Positions 48,409 through 58,101 of a DNA stretch of 64,000 nt are shown in pieces. Source of the stretch: Myxococcota bacterium (GTDB taxonomy: Bacteria; Myxococcota_A; UBA9160; SZUA-336). The position numbers and the translations under genes are program-made. Every line of letters starts with the position of its first letter. The first letter of the stretch is position 1. The DNA is taken from the NCBI GenBank assembly GCA_965247115.1, contig CBDFGR010000001.1:46651-110650 (forward strand), given 5' to 3'. The notes below the pieces were generated by a model. That model searched no databases and was not told the DNA's origin. It saw only the letters and a program-made list of their open reading frames with translations.

Positions 48409-50754
48409 GTGTCGGAGTTTCTCGAGCTGGTTCGCACCATACACGGTCCGCTGGAGTTCGCGCGCGGGCAGCCCGAGCGGCTGGAACGCACGCCGGGACT
48501 GCGCGAGAGCCTGCTCGGCGCGCTGCGACGCGGCGCCGAGCTGCACATCCCGCCAGAGGCGAAGCGGCGCCTGGAAGCAGCCGCCCGCGCGCTGGAGACG
48601 GGCGACGCAGCCCAAGCACTCGAGTTCGCCTCCGAGCGACTCGCCCCGATCCTCGATCCCACCTACCCACAGCGGGCGCTCAGCCAGCCAACCGTGCGCC
48701 TGCCGGGTGTTGGCCCGAAGACGGCCGATGCCCTGGTCCGAAAGGAGATCCGGCGCGTCGAAGATCTGCTCTTCTTCCTGCCGCGATCCTACGAGGATCG
48801 GCGCGAGCTGTGCTCGATCGAGGCGCTGCAGGTCGGTCGCCCCGCCTGCTTCCGGGGCACCGTGACCCGGGCCCACGTCGTCTCGAGCCGCAAGGGGCGG
48901 AGCTTTCTCCAGGCCGTCGTCAGCGACGACACGGCCTCGGTTCAGCTCAAGTGGTTCCGAGGGGTCGCGCACTTCCGCGACAGGGTCGTGCCAGGCGCGG
49001 AGCTGCTCGTGGCGGGAGACGTGCGCCGCTATCGCTTCGCGAAGGAGCTGCACCATCCGGAGGTCGAGATCCTGAACGACGCAACGGCTCTCGAGCACCT
49101 GTCACGGATCGTTCCCACGTACTCCGCCGTCGAGGGCGTGCCGCCGCGCACGCTGCGCCGGCTCGTCCAGGCGGCGGTCGAGCACGCAGGCGACCTGGTC
49201 GAGGCCTGGCTACCGCCGGAGGTGACGCGGGAGCTCGCGCTGCCGGAAGTGGGCCACGCGCTCCGTGAGGTCCACGCGCCGGATCCCGAGCTCGACCCGG
49301 AGCAGCTGCGGGAGCGGCGAACGCCCTACCACATGCGCCTGGTCGCGGAGGAGCTGTTCCTGCTCCAGGTGGGTATCACACTGCGCCGCTCTGCCCTCGC
49401 GAGCCGTCGGGCGGCGCCGCTCGACGTCCGCTCTCCCGAGGTCCGCCAAGCGCTTCGCGCGCTGCCATTCACGCTCACGAAGGACCAGGTGCGGGCGTGG
49501 GACGAGATCGGCGCCGACCTGGCGCGGCCCCGTCCCATGAATCGGCTGCTGGTTGGCGACGTGGGCACCGGGAAGACGGTGCTCGCGGTGCTCGGCGGTG
49601 TGGCGGCGCACGTGTCGGGAGCGTTGACAGCCGTGCTCGCGCCCACGGAGATCCTCGCCGAGCAGCACTTCGAGACCTTTCGCAGTCTGGCGGGACCGCT
49701 GGGTCTGCGCGTTGCGCTCCTCACTGGCAGCACACCGCTGCCGGAGCGACGCTCGCTCTTGCGGCTGCTGCAGCTGGGCGAGATCGCGATCGTAATCGGG
49801 ACGCACGCACTGCTCTCCGGCTCGGTCGCACTGCCCTGGCTGGGTCTCTGCGTCATCGACGAGCAGCACCGCTTCGGCGTAGCACAGCGCCGCAGCCTGG
49901 GGCGCAAGGGCGACAATCCGCACCTGCTTGTCATGTCCGCCACGCCGATTCCGCGCACGCTCGCGCTGACGGCCTTCGGCGATCTCGACCATTCGACGCT
50001 GCATGAGCGCCCGCCCGGACGCTCGCCCGTGGAGACTCGGGTCGTCCCTCCCTCCGCGGGACGTCAGGTCTTCGAGGAGCTCCGTCGAACGCTCGCCCGC
50101 GGCGAGCAGGCGTACGTGGTGTACCCGCTGGTGGAGGAGTCGGAGAAGCAGGACCTGCAGGATGCGACGCGGGGCTTCGAACGACTGCGCAAGGCGCTCC
50201 CGGGAGTGCCGCTCGCGCTCATGCACGGCAGGTTGGACGCGTCCGAGCGGAGCCGAGTCATGGCGCGCTTCAGCACTGGCGAGGTGCGAGTTCTGGTGTC
50301 GACGAGCGTGATCGAGGTCGGCCTCGACGTGCACGACGCCACCTTGCTGGTGGTACAGCACGCGGAGCGCTTCGGCCTGGCCCAGCTCCACCAGCTGCGG
50401 GGTCGGGTTGGACGCGGCAAGAAGGCGGGTCTGGCCATGCTGATGGCGGAGCCAAAGGGCGAGGGGGCGTCGCGCCGGCTGGCGGTGCTCGAGGCGAGCG
50501 ATAGCGGCTTCGAGATCGCGGAGGAAGACCTGCGCATCCGCGGCGCTGGCGAGTGGCTGGGTACCCGCCAGGCGGGCCGCCTTCCGGAGCTGCGCCTCGC
50601 GGACCTGGTCCGGCACGGCGAGCTGCTGCCCCGCATGCGGACCGCGGCCACCCGCCTGCTGCGCAGCGACCCCGGGCTCGAGAAGAACGCCCGGCTCCGC
50701 GCCACCGTAGAGCGTCGCTGGGGTGACCGTCTGGACTTCAGCTCTGTGGCATAG
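48409..50754 (+). CDS. recG: ATP-dependent DNA helicase RecG
   Basis: GDVGTGKT, DEQHRFGV, MSATPIPRTL, QLHQLRGRVGRG. Confidence 0.96.
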   Translation: MSEFLELVRTIHGPLEFARGQPERLERTPGLRESLLGALRRGAELHIPPEAKRRLEAAARALETGDAAQALEFASERLAPILDPTYPQRALSQPTVRLPGVGPKTADALVRKEIRRVEDLLFFLPRSYEDRRELCSIEALQVGRPACFRGTVTRAHVVSSRKGRSFLQAVVSDDTASVQLKWFRGVAHFRDRVVPGAELLVAGDVRRYRFAKELHHPEVEILNDATALEHLSRIVPTYSAVEGVPPRTLRRLVQAAVEHAGDLVEAWLPPEVTRELALPEVGHALREVHAPDPELDPEQLRERRTPYHMRLVAEELFLLQVGITLRRSALASRRAAPLDVRSPEVRQALRALPFTLTKDQVRAWDEIGADLARPRPMNRLLVGDVGTGKTVLAVLGGVAAHVSGALTAVLAPTEILAEQHFETFRSLAGPLGLRVALLTGSTPLPERRSLLRLLQLGEIAIVIGTHALLSGSVALPWLGLCVIDEQHRFGVAQRRSLGRKGDNPHLLVMSATPIPRTLALTAFGDLDHSTLHERPPGRSPVETRVVPPSAGRQVFEELRRTLARGEQAYVVYPLVEESEKQDLQDATRGFERLRKALPGVPLALMHGRLDASERSRVMARFSTGEVRVLVSTSVIEVGLDVHDATLLVVQHAERFGLAQLHQLRGRVGRGKKAGLAMLMAEPKGEGASRRLAVLEASDSGFEIAEEDLRIRGAGEWLGTRQAGRLPELRLADLVRHGELLPRMRTAATRLLRSDPGLEKNARLRATVERRWGDRLDFSSVA

Positions 50755-50806
50755 CTGCCACCCGGCGGCGCTTGCACCGAGGCCAAGGGATCCCGAGACT
50801 GTGCGC

Positions 50807-51979
50807 ATGAGTCGCTTCGAGAAGATCGATCGACTGCCCCCTTATGGGCTGTCGATCGTCAACGAGCTCAAGCTGGAGGCGCGACGTCGGGGCGAGGACG
50901 TGATCGACCTCGGGTTTGGCAACCCGAATCACGCCACCCCACCACACATCGTCGAGAAGCTGGTCTCGGCCGCTCGGGATCCGCGCAACCACCGCTACTC
51001 CTCCTCACGGGGCCTGCCGAACCTGCGCCGCGCCATCAGGGACTGGTACCGGCGGCGCTTCCAGGTCGACCTCGACGCCGAGACCGAGGTGCTCACGACG
51101 ATCGGCGCCAAGGAGGGCCTCTCGCACTTCGTCATGGGGACGATCTCTCATGGCGACGTCGTGCTCTGCCCCGATCCTTGCTACCCGATTCACGCCTTCT
51201 CGGTGGTGATCGCTGGGGGCGACATCCACCGCGTCCCGCTCCAACCCCTGGACACCTTCGTCGAACGCCTCGAAGACGCGATCTCATTGTGCTGGCCGCG
51301 CCCCAAGCTGTTGATCGCGTCCTTCCCGCACAATCCGACCACCGCCTCGGTCGACCTGGCGTTCATGACCCAGCTGGTTGACCTGTGTCGCGAGCAGGAG
51401 CTTTTCCTGGTCCACGACCTCGCCTACGCCGAGATCTGCTTCGACGGCTACCGACCACCGAGCGTGCTGCAGGTGCCGGGGGCGCGCGAGATCGCGATCG
51501 AGTTCACGTCGCTCTCCAAGTCGCACGCCATGCCAGGCTGGCGGGTCGGCTTCGCGGCTGGAAACGCAGAGATGGTGCAAATGCTGGCGCGGGTGAAGAG
51601 CTATCTCGACTACGGGACCTTCCAGCCGATCCAGATCGCCGCCATCGTCGCGCTGGACGGTCCACAGGACGTGGTCGAAACCGTGGTCTCAGACTACCAG
51701 GCCCGGCGCGACGCCCTGATCGAGGGCCTGGGAGCGGATTGGAAGATCGAGAAGCCTCCGGCGACCATGTTTGTCTGGGCGCCGCTGCCCAGCGGGTTCG
51801 ACCAGCTGGATTCGCTTGCGTTCTCGAAGCTGCTGCTGGAGCGAGCGCAGGTAGCGGTGTCCCCGGGTATCGGCTTTGGTCCATCCGGCGAGGGCTACGT
51901 GCGCTTTGCCCTCGTCGAGAACACACACCGGACTCGCCAGGCGGTCCGGAACATCCGGAGGCTCCTCAAGAGTGGCTGA
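50807..51979 (+). CDS. alaC: PLP-dependent class I/II aminotransferase (AlaC-like)
   Basis: FPHNPT, HDLAY, SLSKSHAMPGWRVG, KSYLDYGTF. Confidence 0.8.
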   Translation: MSRFEKIDRLPPYGLSIVNELKLEARRRGEDVIDLGFGNPNHATPPHIVEKLVSAARDPRNHRYSSSRGLPNLRRAIRDWYRRRFQVDLDAETEVLTTIGAKEGLSHFVMGTISHGDVVLCPDPCYPIHAFSVVIAGGDIHRVPLQPLDTFVERLEDAISLCWPRPKLLIASFPHNPTTASVDLAFMTQLVDLCREQELFLVHDLAYAEICFDGYRPPSVLQVPGAREIAIEFTSLSKSHAMPGWRVGFAAGNAEMVQMLARVKSYLDYGTFQPIQIAAIVALDGPQDVVETVVSDYQARRDALIEGLGADWKIEKPPATMFVWAPLPSGFDQLDSLAFSKLLLERAQVAVSPGIGFGPSGEGYVRFALVENTHRTRQAVRNIRRLLKSG

Positions 51980-53279
51980 GCGCGCTGTCAGGCTGGGGCT
52001 CGTAGGCCTCGGCACGGTTGGAACTGGGGTGGTGCGGATCCTCCAGGAGGGCGGAGCGCGCATTGCGGAACGCCTGGGCTTTCCGCTCGAGCTGGTGACG
52101 ATCGCCGTCCAGGATCCACGCAAGGAGCGGAGCGTGCCGCTCGACGGCTACACGCTGACGGGTGACTGGCGTCGAGTTGTCGACGATCCGGAGATCGACC
52201 TCGTGCTCGAGCTCGTGGGCGGCACCGACGTCGCGCGTAGCGTGGTGCTCGCGGCGCTGGACGCGGGCAAGAGCGTCGTGACTGCGAACAAGGCGCTGCT
52301 GGCCGAGCACGGGGAGGAGGTCTACGCACTCGCCGCCTCCAAGCGCGTCGAGGTCGCGTTCGAGGGAAGTGTCGCGGGGACGATCCCGGTTCTGCGCGCA
52401 CTGCGCGAGGGCCTGTGCGCGGACAGGATCGACTCTGTGCTGGGCATCGTGAACGGCACCTGCAACTTCATCCTCACGGAGATGGAAGAGCGACGGGAGT
52501 CGTACCAGGCGTGCCTCCTGCGTGCGCAGGAGCTCGGCTACGCGGAGCCGGACCCGACCTTCGACGTGGACGGCACTGACTCCGCGCACAAGCTGTCCAT
52601 CCTGCTCGCCATGGCGTTCGGCGTTCGCGTCCGTCCGGGAGACTTCGCGGTCGAGGGCATCCAGCGCATCGCGCCGATCGACGTGGAGGTCGCGCAGCGC
52701 ATCGGTCTGCGCATCAAGCTCCTGGCCGTCGCAAAGCGCGGTGAGCACGGAATTGAGGCCCAGGTCCATCCGACCATGATCCCGACGAGCAGTGTTCTGG
52801 CCCAGGTTGACGGGCCCATGAACGCGGTCGAGGTGCAGGGGCTCCACTCGGGCCCCACGCTCTACTACGGAGCCGGCGCGGGGCCGCTCCCCACGGGGAG
52901 CGCCGTCGTGGGCGACGTGATGGAGCTCGCCCGGAGCCGCCGGCTGGGAGCGCCGCTGCGCGTGCCGCCGCTCGGGACTCCAGAGCTTGCGGCACTGCCG
53001 CTCGCCCGGCCAGAGGATCTGGAAGGGGAGTACTATCTGCGTGTGGGTGCGCTGGATTCACCCGGCGTCCTGGCGCGGATCGCCGGGGCACTGGGAGAGG
53101 CCGGGATCAGCATCGCGTCCGTCCTGCAGGAGGAGCGTCGCGCCGCACGCGTCGTACCAATCGTGATCACTACCCACATCGCGCGCCAGGCGAGCCTCGA
53201 CACGGCCCTGCACGGGATCGAGCAGCTCGCGGAGGTCACGCAGCCCGTGCAGGTGATTCGGATCGAGCGAGGGATCTAG
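51972..53279 (+). CDS. hom: homoserine dehydrogenase with C-terminal ACT domain
   Basis: [30 protein letters not shown]; GTG start. Confidence 0.95.
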   Translation: MAERAVRLGLVGLGTVGTGVVRILQEGGARIAERLGFPLELVTIAVQDPRKERSVPLDGYTLTGDWRRVVDDPEIDLVLELVGGTDVARSVVLAALDAGKSVVTANKALLAEHGEEVYALAASKRVEVAFEGSVAGTIPVLRALREGLCADRIDSVLGIVNGTCNFILTEMEERRESYQACLLRAQELGYAEPDPTFDVDGTDSAHKLSILLAMAFGVRVRPGDFAVEGIQRIAPIDVEVAQRIGLRIKLLAVAKRGEHGIEAQVHPTMIPTSSVLAQVDGPMNAVEVQGLHSGPTLYYGAGAGPLPTGSAVVGDVMELARSRRLGAPLRVPPLGTPELAALPLARPEDLEGEYYLRVGALDSPGVLARIAGALGEAGISIASVLQEERRAARVVPIVITTHIARQASLDTALHGIEQLAEVTQPVQVIRIERGI

Positions 53280-53281
53280 CC

Positions 53282-54637
53282 ATGCAGGAACACCACGTCG
53301 AAGGTCGCTTCGAGAGCTGGTTCGAGTGCTTCGCTGGCTGTGACGGCCGCTGGCCCCTCACAGAGGTGATCTACCGCTGCCCGCGCTGCGACGGACTGCT
53401 GATGGTGACGCCCGACATGGAGGCCCTCAAGAAGATCCCCGGTGAGAGGTGGAGAGCTGTCTTCGAGGGGCGGGACCACACGACCGAGTGGCCGTACGCG
53501 AGTGGGGTCTGGGGCAAGCGCGAGCTGGTCTGCCCGATCGTGCAGCCGGACAACATCGTCTCCATGTACGAGGGCCAGACGAATCTCTTCTGGGCGCGAC
53601 GCCTGGGTCAGCAGCTGGGCTTGCCGGACCTGTGGATCAAGCAGTGCGGCAATACCCATACAGGAAGCTTCAAAGATCTCGGTATGACGGTGCTGGTCTC
53701 GGTCGTGAACGAGATGATGAGCCGTGGCCAGCAGGTGCGCGCGGTGGCCTGCGCGTCCACAGGCGACACCTCGGCCGCACTGGCCGCGTACGCCGCCTAC
53801 GCCGGTATTCCGGCCATAGTCCTGCTGCCGAAGGACAAGGTATCCATCGCGCAGCTCGTGCAGCCTGTGGCCAACGGCGCCATCACCCTTTCGCTCGATA
53901 CCGACTTTGACGGCTGCATGGAGATCGTGCAGCAGATCGCCGTGCAAGATGGCATTTACCTCGCGAACTCGATGAACTCCCTGCGCATCGAGGGTCAGAA
54001 GACCGTCGGTATGGAGATCGTGCAGCAGTTCGACTGGGAGGTCCCGGACTGGATCGTGATTCCCGGGGGGAACCTGGGCAACGTCTCGGCGCTGGGCAAA
54101 GGACTGCTGGAGTTCCAGGAGCTGGGGATCATCGATCGCCTGCCGCGGATCGCTTGCGCCCAGGCGGAGCGCGCGAACCCGCTATACAGCAGCTACGTGC
54201 AGGACTTCGAGAAGTTCGAGCCGATGGAGGCGCAGCCCACTCTGGCGACAGCGATCCAGATCGGTCACCCGGTCTCGTACGAGAGGGCGATCGACGTCCT
54301 GCGCCGCTTCGACGGAGTTGTCGAGCAGGCCACCGAGCAGGAGCTGGCGGACGCCTCGGCCGAGGCCGACCTCACGGGTCTCTTTAGCTGCCCGCATACG
54401 GGCGTCGCGCTCGCTGCGCTCCGAAAGTTGCTCGCCCGAGGCGTCATCAAGCGCGACGAACGTGTCGTCGTGATCTCGACCGCGCACGGTCTCAAGTTCA
54501 CGGATTTCAAGGTTCGCTATCACGAGGGGGAGCTGTCGGGGATCGCGTCGCGACACGGGAATCCACCGATCGTGCTTCCGCCGGACTACCGCGGCGTGCG
54601 GGACGAGATCTTCCGACAGATCGAAGCGCGTTTCTGA
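53282..54637 (+). CDS. thrC: threonine synthase (plant-like subtype)
   Basis: [32 protein letters not shown]. Confidence 0.93.
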   Translation: MQEHHVEGRFESWFECFAGCDGRWPLTEVIYRCPRCDGLLMVTPDMEALKKIPGERWRAVFEGRDHTTEWPYASGVWGKRELVCPIVQPDNIVSMYEGQTNLFWARRLGQQLGLPDLWIKQCGNTHTGSFKDLGMTVLVSVVNEMMSRGQQVRAVACASTGDTSAALAAYAAYAGIPAIVLLPKDKVSIAQLVQPVANGAITLSLDTDFDGCMEIVQQIAVQDGIYLANSMNSLRIEGQKTVGMEIVQQFDWEVPDWIVIPGGNLGNVSALGKGLLEFQELGIIDRLPRIACAQAERANPLYSSYVQDFEKFEPMEAQPTLATAIQIGHPVSYERAIDVLRRFDGVVEQATEQELADASAEADLTGLFSCPHTGVALAALRKLLARGVIKRDERVVVISTAHGLKFTDFKVRYHEGELSGIASRHGNPPIVLPPDYRGVRDEIFRQIEARF

Positions 54638-54668
54638 GCTACGCCAGCATTCAGCCAGGAGGGATCTG

Positions 54669-55625
54669 ATGAGCCTCGATCGAAATTTGGCGCTCGAACT
54701 GGTTCGCGCGACAGAAGCCGCTGCACTTGCATGCAGCGGCCTGATGGGCAGGGGCGACGAGATGGCGGCCGATCAGGCTGCGGTCGACGCTATGCGGGGT
54801 GCGCTGAATCGGATCGAGATGGACTCGGTCGTCGTGATTGGCGAGGGCGAGCGCGATCAGGCCCCCATGCTCTACATCGGTGAGAAGGTGGGGACCGGAA
54901 GTGGCGAGAAGCTCGAGATCGCGCTCGACCCGCTGGAGGGCACCACCATCTGTGCCACCGGGGGCCCGAACGCGCTCTCGGTGATCGCTGCCGCCGAGGA
55001 GGGCGGTTTTCTCCACGCGCCGGACACCTACATGGACAAGATCGCGGTCGGGCCCGCCGGCCGAGGCGCGATCAACATCGACAAGAGCCCGACAGAGAAT
55101 CTACGGGCGGTCGCCGAGGCGAAGCGCGTGCCCGTGGACGAGCTGACGGTCGTGATCCTCGACCGGCCGCGGCACGAGAATCTGATCGAGGAGGTGCGCA
55201 GTGTTGGTGCCCGCATCAAGCTGATCAAGGACGGGGACGTCTCGGCGGCGATCGCGACATGCAGCCGCGAGCACAGGGTCGATCTGCTGATGGGGATTGG
55301 CGGCGCGCCGGAGGGGGTGATCGCCGCGGCCGCTCTCCGCTGCCGCGGTGGCGACATGCATGGCCGGCTCATGCCGCGCAACGCCGAGGAGGTGGAGCGC
55401 GCGCGGGGGATGGGCGTCACGGATATCCACGCCAAGCTCACACTCGAGGATCTGGCCTCCGGGAACGTCATGTTCGCCGGCACCGGAGTCACGTCCGGGG
55501 ACTTCTTGCACGGCGTGAGTTTTCGACCGGAGGGCGCCGTAACCCACTCCGTCGTGATGCGGAGCGAGACCATGACCACGCGCTGGATCGAGGCCGAGCA
55601 CAACTTCCGGTACGATCCGGCCTGA
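54669..55625 (+). CDS. glpX: fructose-1,6-bisphosphatase class II
   Basis: VIGEGERDQAPMLYIGE, DPLEGT, GGAPEGV. Confidence 0.95.
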   Translation: MSLDRNLALELVRATEAAALACSGLMGRGDEMAADQAAVDAMRGALNRIEMDSVVVIGEGERDQAPMLYIGEKVGTGSGEKLEIALDPLEGTTICATGGPNALSVIAAAEEGGFLHAPDTYMDKIAVGPAGRGAINIDKSPTENLRAVAEAKRVPVDELTVVILDRPRHENLIEEVRSVGARIKLIKDGDVSAAIATCSREHRVDLLMGIGGAPEGVIAAAALRCRGGDMHGRLMPRNAEEVERARGMGVTDIHAKLTLEDLASGNVMFAGTGVTSGDFLHGVSFRPEGAVTHSVVMRSETMTTRWIEAEHNFRYDPA

Positions 55626-55635
55626 GGCAGCCGCC

Positions 55636-56250
55636 ATGTTCACGGGCATTGTCGAGGCCGTCGGAGAGGTCGCTCGGATCGAGCCACAAGGCGACGGGGC
55701 GGCGCTCGTGATCGCGGTGCCCTCCGACCTGTGCGCGGGCGTGAAGGTCGGGGACAGCATCTCGATCAGCGGCTGCTGCCTGACCGTGACGGCTGCGGCG
55801 CCCGCCCACCTTTCCTTTCAGGCGATCCCCGAGACCCTGCGCCGCACGGCGCTCGGAACTCGTGCCGTCGGGGACCGCGTGAACCTCGAGCGCGCCATGC
55901 GCGCAGACGCGCGCTTTGACGGGCACATCGTGCAAGGACACGTCGATGCGACTGGCGAGATTCGCTCGATTCAGCGGGCTGGCCTGGACGTGATTCTCCG
56001 GACCGAATGTGCAGTGGAGCTCGCGCGCCAGCTGGTGCCAAAGGGTTCGATCACAATGGACGGCGTATCGTTGACCGTGATCGAGCCCGACGTTTCCGGC
56101 TTTGGGGTGGCCTTGATCCCCCACACGCTGGAGGCCACCACACTGGGGGAACGTCGCGAAGGGGATGCCGTGAACCTCGAGCTCGACGTCCTTGGCAAGT
56201 ACGTGCTCCGCTATCTCGACCAGCGACTGGAGCCCTCACAGAGCCGCTGA
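55636..56250 (+). CDS. ribE: riboflavin synthase (alpha chain)
   Basis: MFTGIV, VNLERA, GHIVQGHVD, GVSLTV. Confidence 0.95.
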   Translation: MFTGIVEAVGEVARIEPQGDGAALVIAVPSDLCAGVKVGDSISISGCCLTVTAAAPAHLSFQAIPETLRRTALGTRAVGDRVNLERAMRADARFDGHIVQGHVDATGEIRSIQRAGLDVILRTECAVELARQLVPKGSITMDGVSLTVIEPDVSGFGVALIPHTLEATTLGERREGDAVNLELDVLGKYVLRYLDQRLEPSQSR

Positions 56251-56302
56251 CGCGGGCAGAGTCTACCCTCGAATTTCCTGCCGTCCCCGTTGTAGGATAA
56301 GT

Positions 56303-56378
56303 CTGACCGCGCCGGCGAAAGTCAGCTGACTGTAAAAGTGCGTCCTGGGCGGAAGCTCGAACCGGCTGTGGTCGGGAG
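56303..56378 (+). promoter_or_regulatory. candidate structured cis-regulatory leader RNA of the KH gene
   Basis: CTGACCGC/GTGGTCGG and GCCGG/CCGGC closing stems, internal GNRA hairpin; 3' strand overlaps the GGGAG SD. Confidence 0.45.
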
Positions 56379-56384
56379 TTCGCG

Positions 56385-56618
56385 ATGAAGGAGTTGGTCG
56401 AACAGATCGTGTTTGCGCTGGTAGATAAGCCTGAGGCTGTGCATATCACGGAGATCCGGGGCACCCACGCCCATGTGATTGAGCTGAGTGTGGCGAAAGA
56501 GGATCTGGGGAAGGTCATCGGAAAGGGAGGGGCTCACGCCTCTGCGATTCGGACGATTCTCTCAGCAGCAAGTGGGAAGGAGAACAAGCGATACATCCTG
56601 GAGATTATCGAGGACTGA
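56385..56618 (+). CDS. khpA: single KH-domain RNA-binding protein (KhpA/UPF0109 family)
   Basis: ALVDKPE, EDLGKVIGKGG (GXXG loop), AIRTIL. Confidence 0.85.
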   Translation: MKELVEQIVFALVDKPEAVHITEIRGTHAHVIELSVAKEDLGKVIGKGGAHASAIRTILSAASGKENKRYILEIIED

Positions 56619-56752
56619 TCGCCGTCTCCCTGCTCCGTTTTCCTGTGCCGTGCCCGCATGGCAAGCGTGTCACCCAAAGAACCTCTCACCTTTCCCCCGC
56701 GTCTGGCCGATACGTGACGCGGAGAGACCTCCTGGGAATGGGTGACGTCAGC

Positions 56753-57238
56753 ATGCAGAGTGAGCTTTCAGCAAATGAACATCACCGCACTGGACTCGAG
56801 CTCCTAGAGGGCGGCGAGGGGCAGCGGGGCTTCGACCATCTCACTCGCGCCTATCTAGAGGCGCCGGACTGCGCCAGCTATCGCTCTTCGTACGCACTGG
56901 CTCTGGCGCTCGTGCGGGGCCAGTTCCTGGGTGCAGTCGAGCTGGCGCGAGCTTCGGTCCGACAGGAGTTCTACAACCCGGACCTCTATCTGAACCTCTC
57001 ACGGATCTACCTCGCCTTCGACTTCCGCGCGGAGGCGGTCCGTTTTCTGCGCCGCGCTCTCATGGTCGACCCCGAAAACGAAGGGGTGCATAGGCAGCTA
57101 GCGCAGCTCGGTGTCCGCAGACGTCCCCTTATCCGTTCCCTTCCGCGCAGCCACGTCTTGAACCGCTGGCTCGGTCGGGTGCAGTCACGCGTGCTCGGTA
57201 TGTCGAGCTGGTCGGGAGCTGGCACACAGAACGCTTGA
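56753..57238 (+). CDS. TPR-like hypothetical protein
   Basis: helical repeats YLNLSRIYL...AVRFLRRALMVDPEN; start could also be 56738. Confidence 0.7.
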   Translation: MQSELSANEHHRTGLELLEGGEGQRGFDHLTRAYLEAPDCASYRSSYALALALVRGQFLGAVELARASVRQEFYNPDLYLNLSRIYLAFDFRAEAVRFLRRALMVDPENEGVHRQLAQLGVRRRPLIRSLPRSHVLNRWLGRVQSRVLGMSSWSGAGTQNA

Positions 57239-57289
57239 CAAGCTTCCGTCGACGGATAACCTCCGCCGCAGCTCAAGAGCGGAGTCCGT

Positions 57290-57382
57290 ATGGGAAGCGT
57301 GATCAAGAAGCGCCGGAAGAAGATGCGCAAGCACAAGTACAAGAAGCTCCGGGCGCGGAATCGACACAAGCGCAAGCGCTAG
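57290..57382 (+). CDS. 30-aa bS22 / mS38 (AURKAIP1/COX24-domain) small basic ribosomal protein (not in ORF track)
   Basis: manual translation MGSVIKKRRKKMRKHKYKKLRARNRHKRKR*; GGAG SD at 57281; TTGACA at 57235. Confidence 0.9.
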   Translation: MGSVIKKRRKKMRKHKYKKLRARNRHKRKR

Positions 57383-57405
57383 TCGACTTCTCACGCATCG
57401 CGCGG

Positions 57406-57440
57406 ACGCACCGATGACCCCTCATCGGTGCGTTTTTTTT
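57406..57440 (+). terminator. intrinsic terminator after the bS22-like gene
   Basis: perfect 12-bp stem ACGCACCGATGA/TCATCGGTGCGT followed by a T run. Confidence 0.88.
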
Positions 57441-57450
57441 GCGATTTTCG

Positions 57451-57480
57451 TTGACAGCGGGAAGATTCAGTGCCTACTGT
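57451..57480 (+). promoter_or_regulatory. putative sigma70 promoter of the histone-like gene
   Basis: TTGACA-N18-TACTGT immediately after the terminator. Confidence 0.5.
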
Positions 57481-57678
57481 GTCCCGCATCCGAGGCCTGG
57501 AACCTCGCGTTTCGAATCGGGAAACGTCACTTCATGCTGCTTGGCCGAAGGGACTTGCCCGAAGAGACCGCAAGCAAAGGCAGCTCGGGCGTGCTCGAAG
57601 CCAAGGTCGAAACGCGGAGACGCGCTAGTACTGACGGGTCGGACACGAAAACTAACAGCAACTGGGGGGTGAAAGAGC

Positions 57679-57981
57679 ATGGCAGCTCGACGCAAGAAGG
57701 CCACTCGCAAGAAGGCGAGAAAGAAGGCCACTCGCAAGAAGGCCACGCGGAAGAAGGCGCGGCGCAAGAAGGGTACTCGCAAGAAGGCCACGCGGAAGAA
57801 GGCGCGGCGGAAGAAGGCCACTCGCAAGAAGGCCCGGCGGAAGAAGGCCACTCGTAAGAAGGGGCGGCGCAAGAAGGCCACACGAAAGAAGGGCACTCGC
57901 AAGAAGGCCCGGCGGAAGAAGGCCACCCGCAAGAAGACGCGGCGCAAGAAGGCCACACGAAAGAAGGCTCGAAGGGGCTAG
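57679..57981 (+). CDS. histone H1/protamine-like protein made of KKATR/KKARR pentapeptide repeats
   Basis: 19 repeat units; 66 of 100 residues are K/R and none is acidic; synonymous variation between units; GGGGGTG SD; downstream hairpin. Confidence 0.85.
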   Translation: MAARRKKATRKKARKKATRKKATRKKARRKKGTRKKATRKKARRKKATRKKARRKKATRKKGRRKKATRKKGTRKKARRKKATRKKTRRKKATRKKARRG

Positions 57982-58000
57982 CCGCCTTCGACGCCACGGA

Positions 58001-58037
58001 AGGAGCCCCCGTCGCCGAGTGGTGACGGGGGCTTCTC
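58001..58037 (+). terminator. strong hairpin (probable terminator) after the histone-like gene
   Basis: 15-bp stem GGAGCCCCCGTCGCC/GGTGACGGGGGCTTC; weak U tract. Confidence 0.6.
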
Positions 58038-58101
58038 GCGTCTGGCGTGTTGACTGACCTCCCTGACCCGTTACTGTTCCGGCGGGTCGAGGAGGACCGA
58101 A

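Noticed and set aside
56251-56384. FMN or c-di-GMP riboswitch near ribE
   Set aside because: The region is downstream of ribE and lacks the FMN and c-di-GMP-I consensus as I recall them; kept only as an unassigned structured leader.
57694-57975. 15-nt tandem repeats as a possible CRISPR array
   Set aside because: No unique spacers, period too short, no cas genes; it is a coding repeat.
57474-57997. Minus-strand repeat ORFs (VAFLRR... and WPSCA...) opposite the KKATR gene
   Set aside because: Mirror frames of the same 15-nt repeat; the SD, promoter-like sequence and hairpin support the + strand frame.
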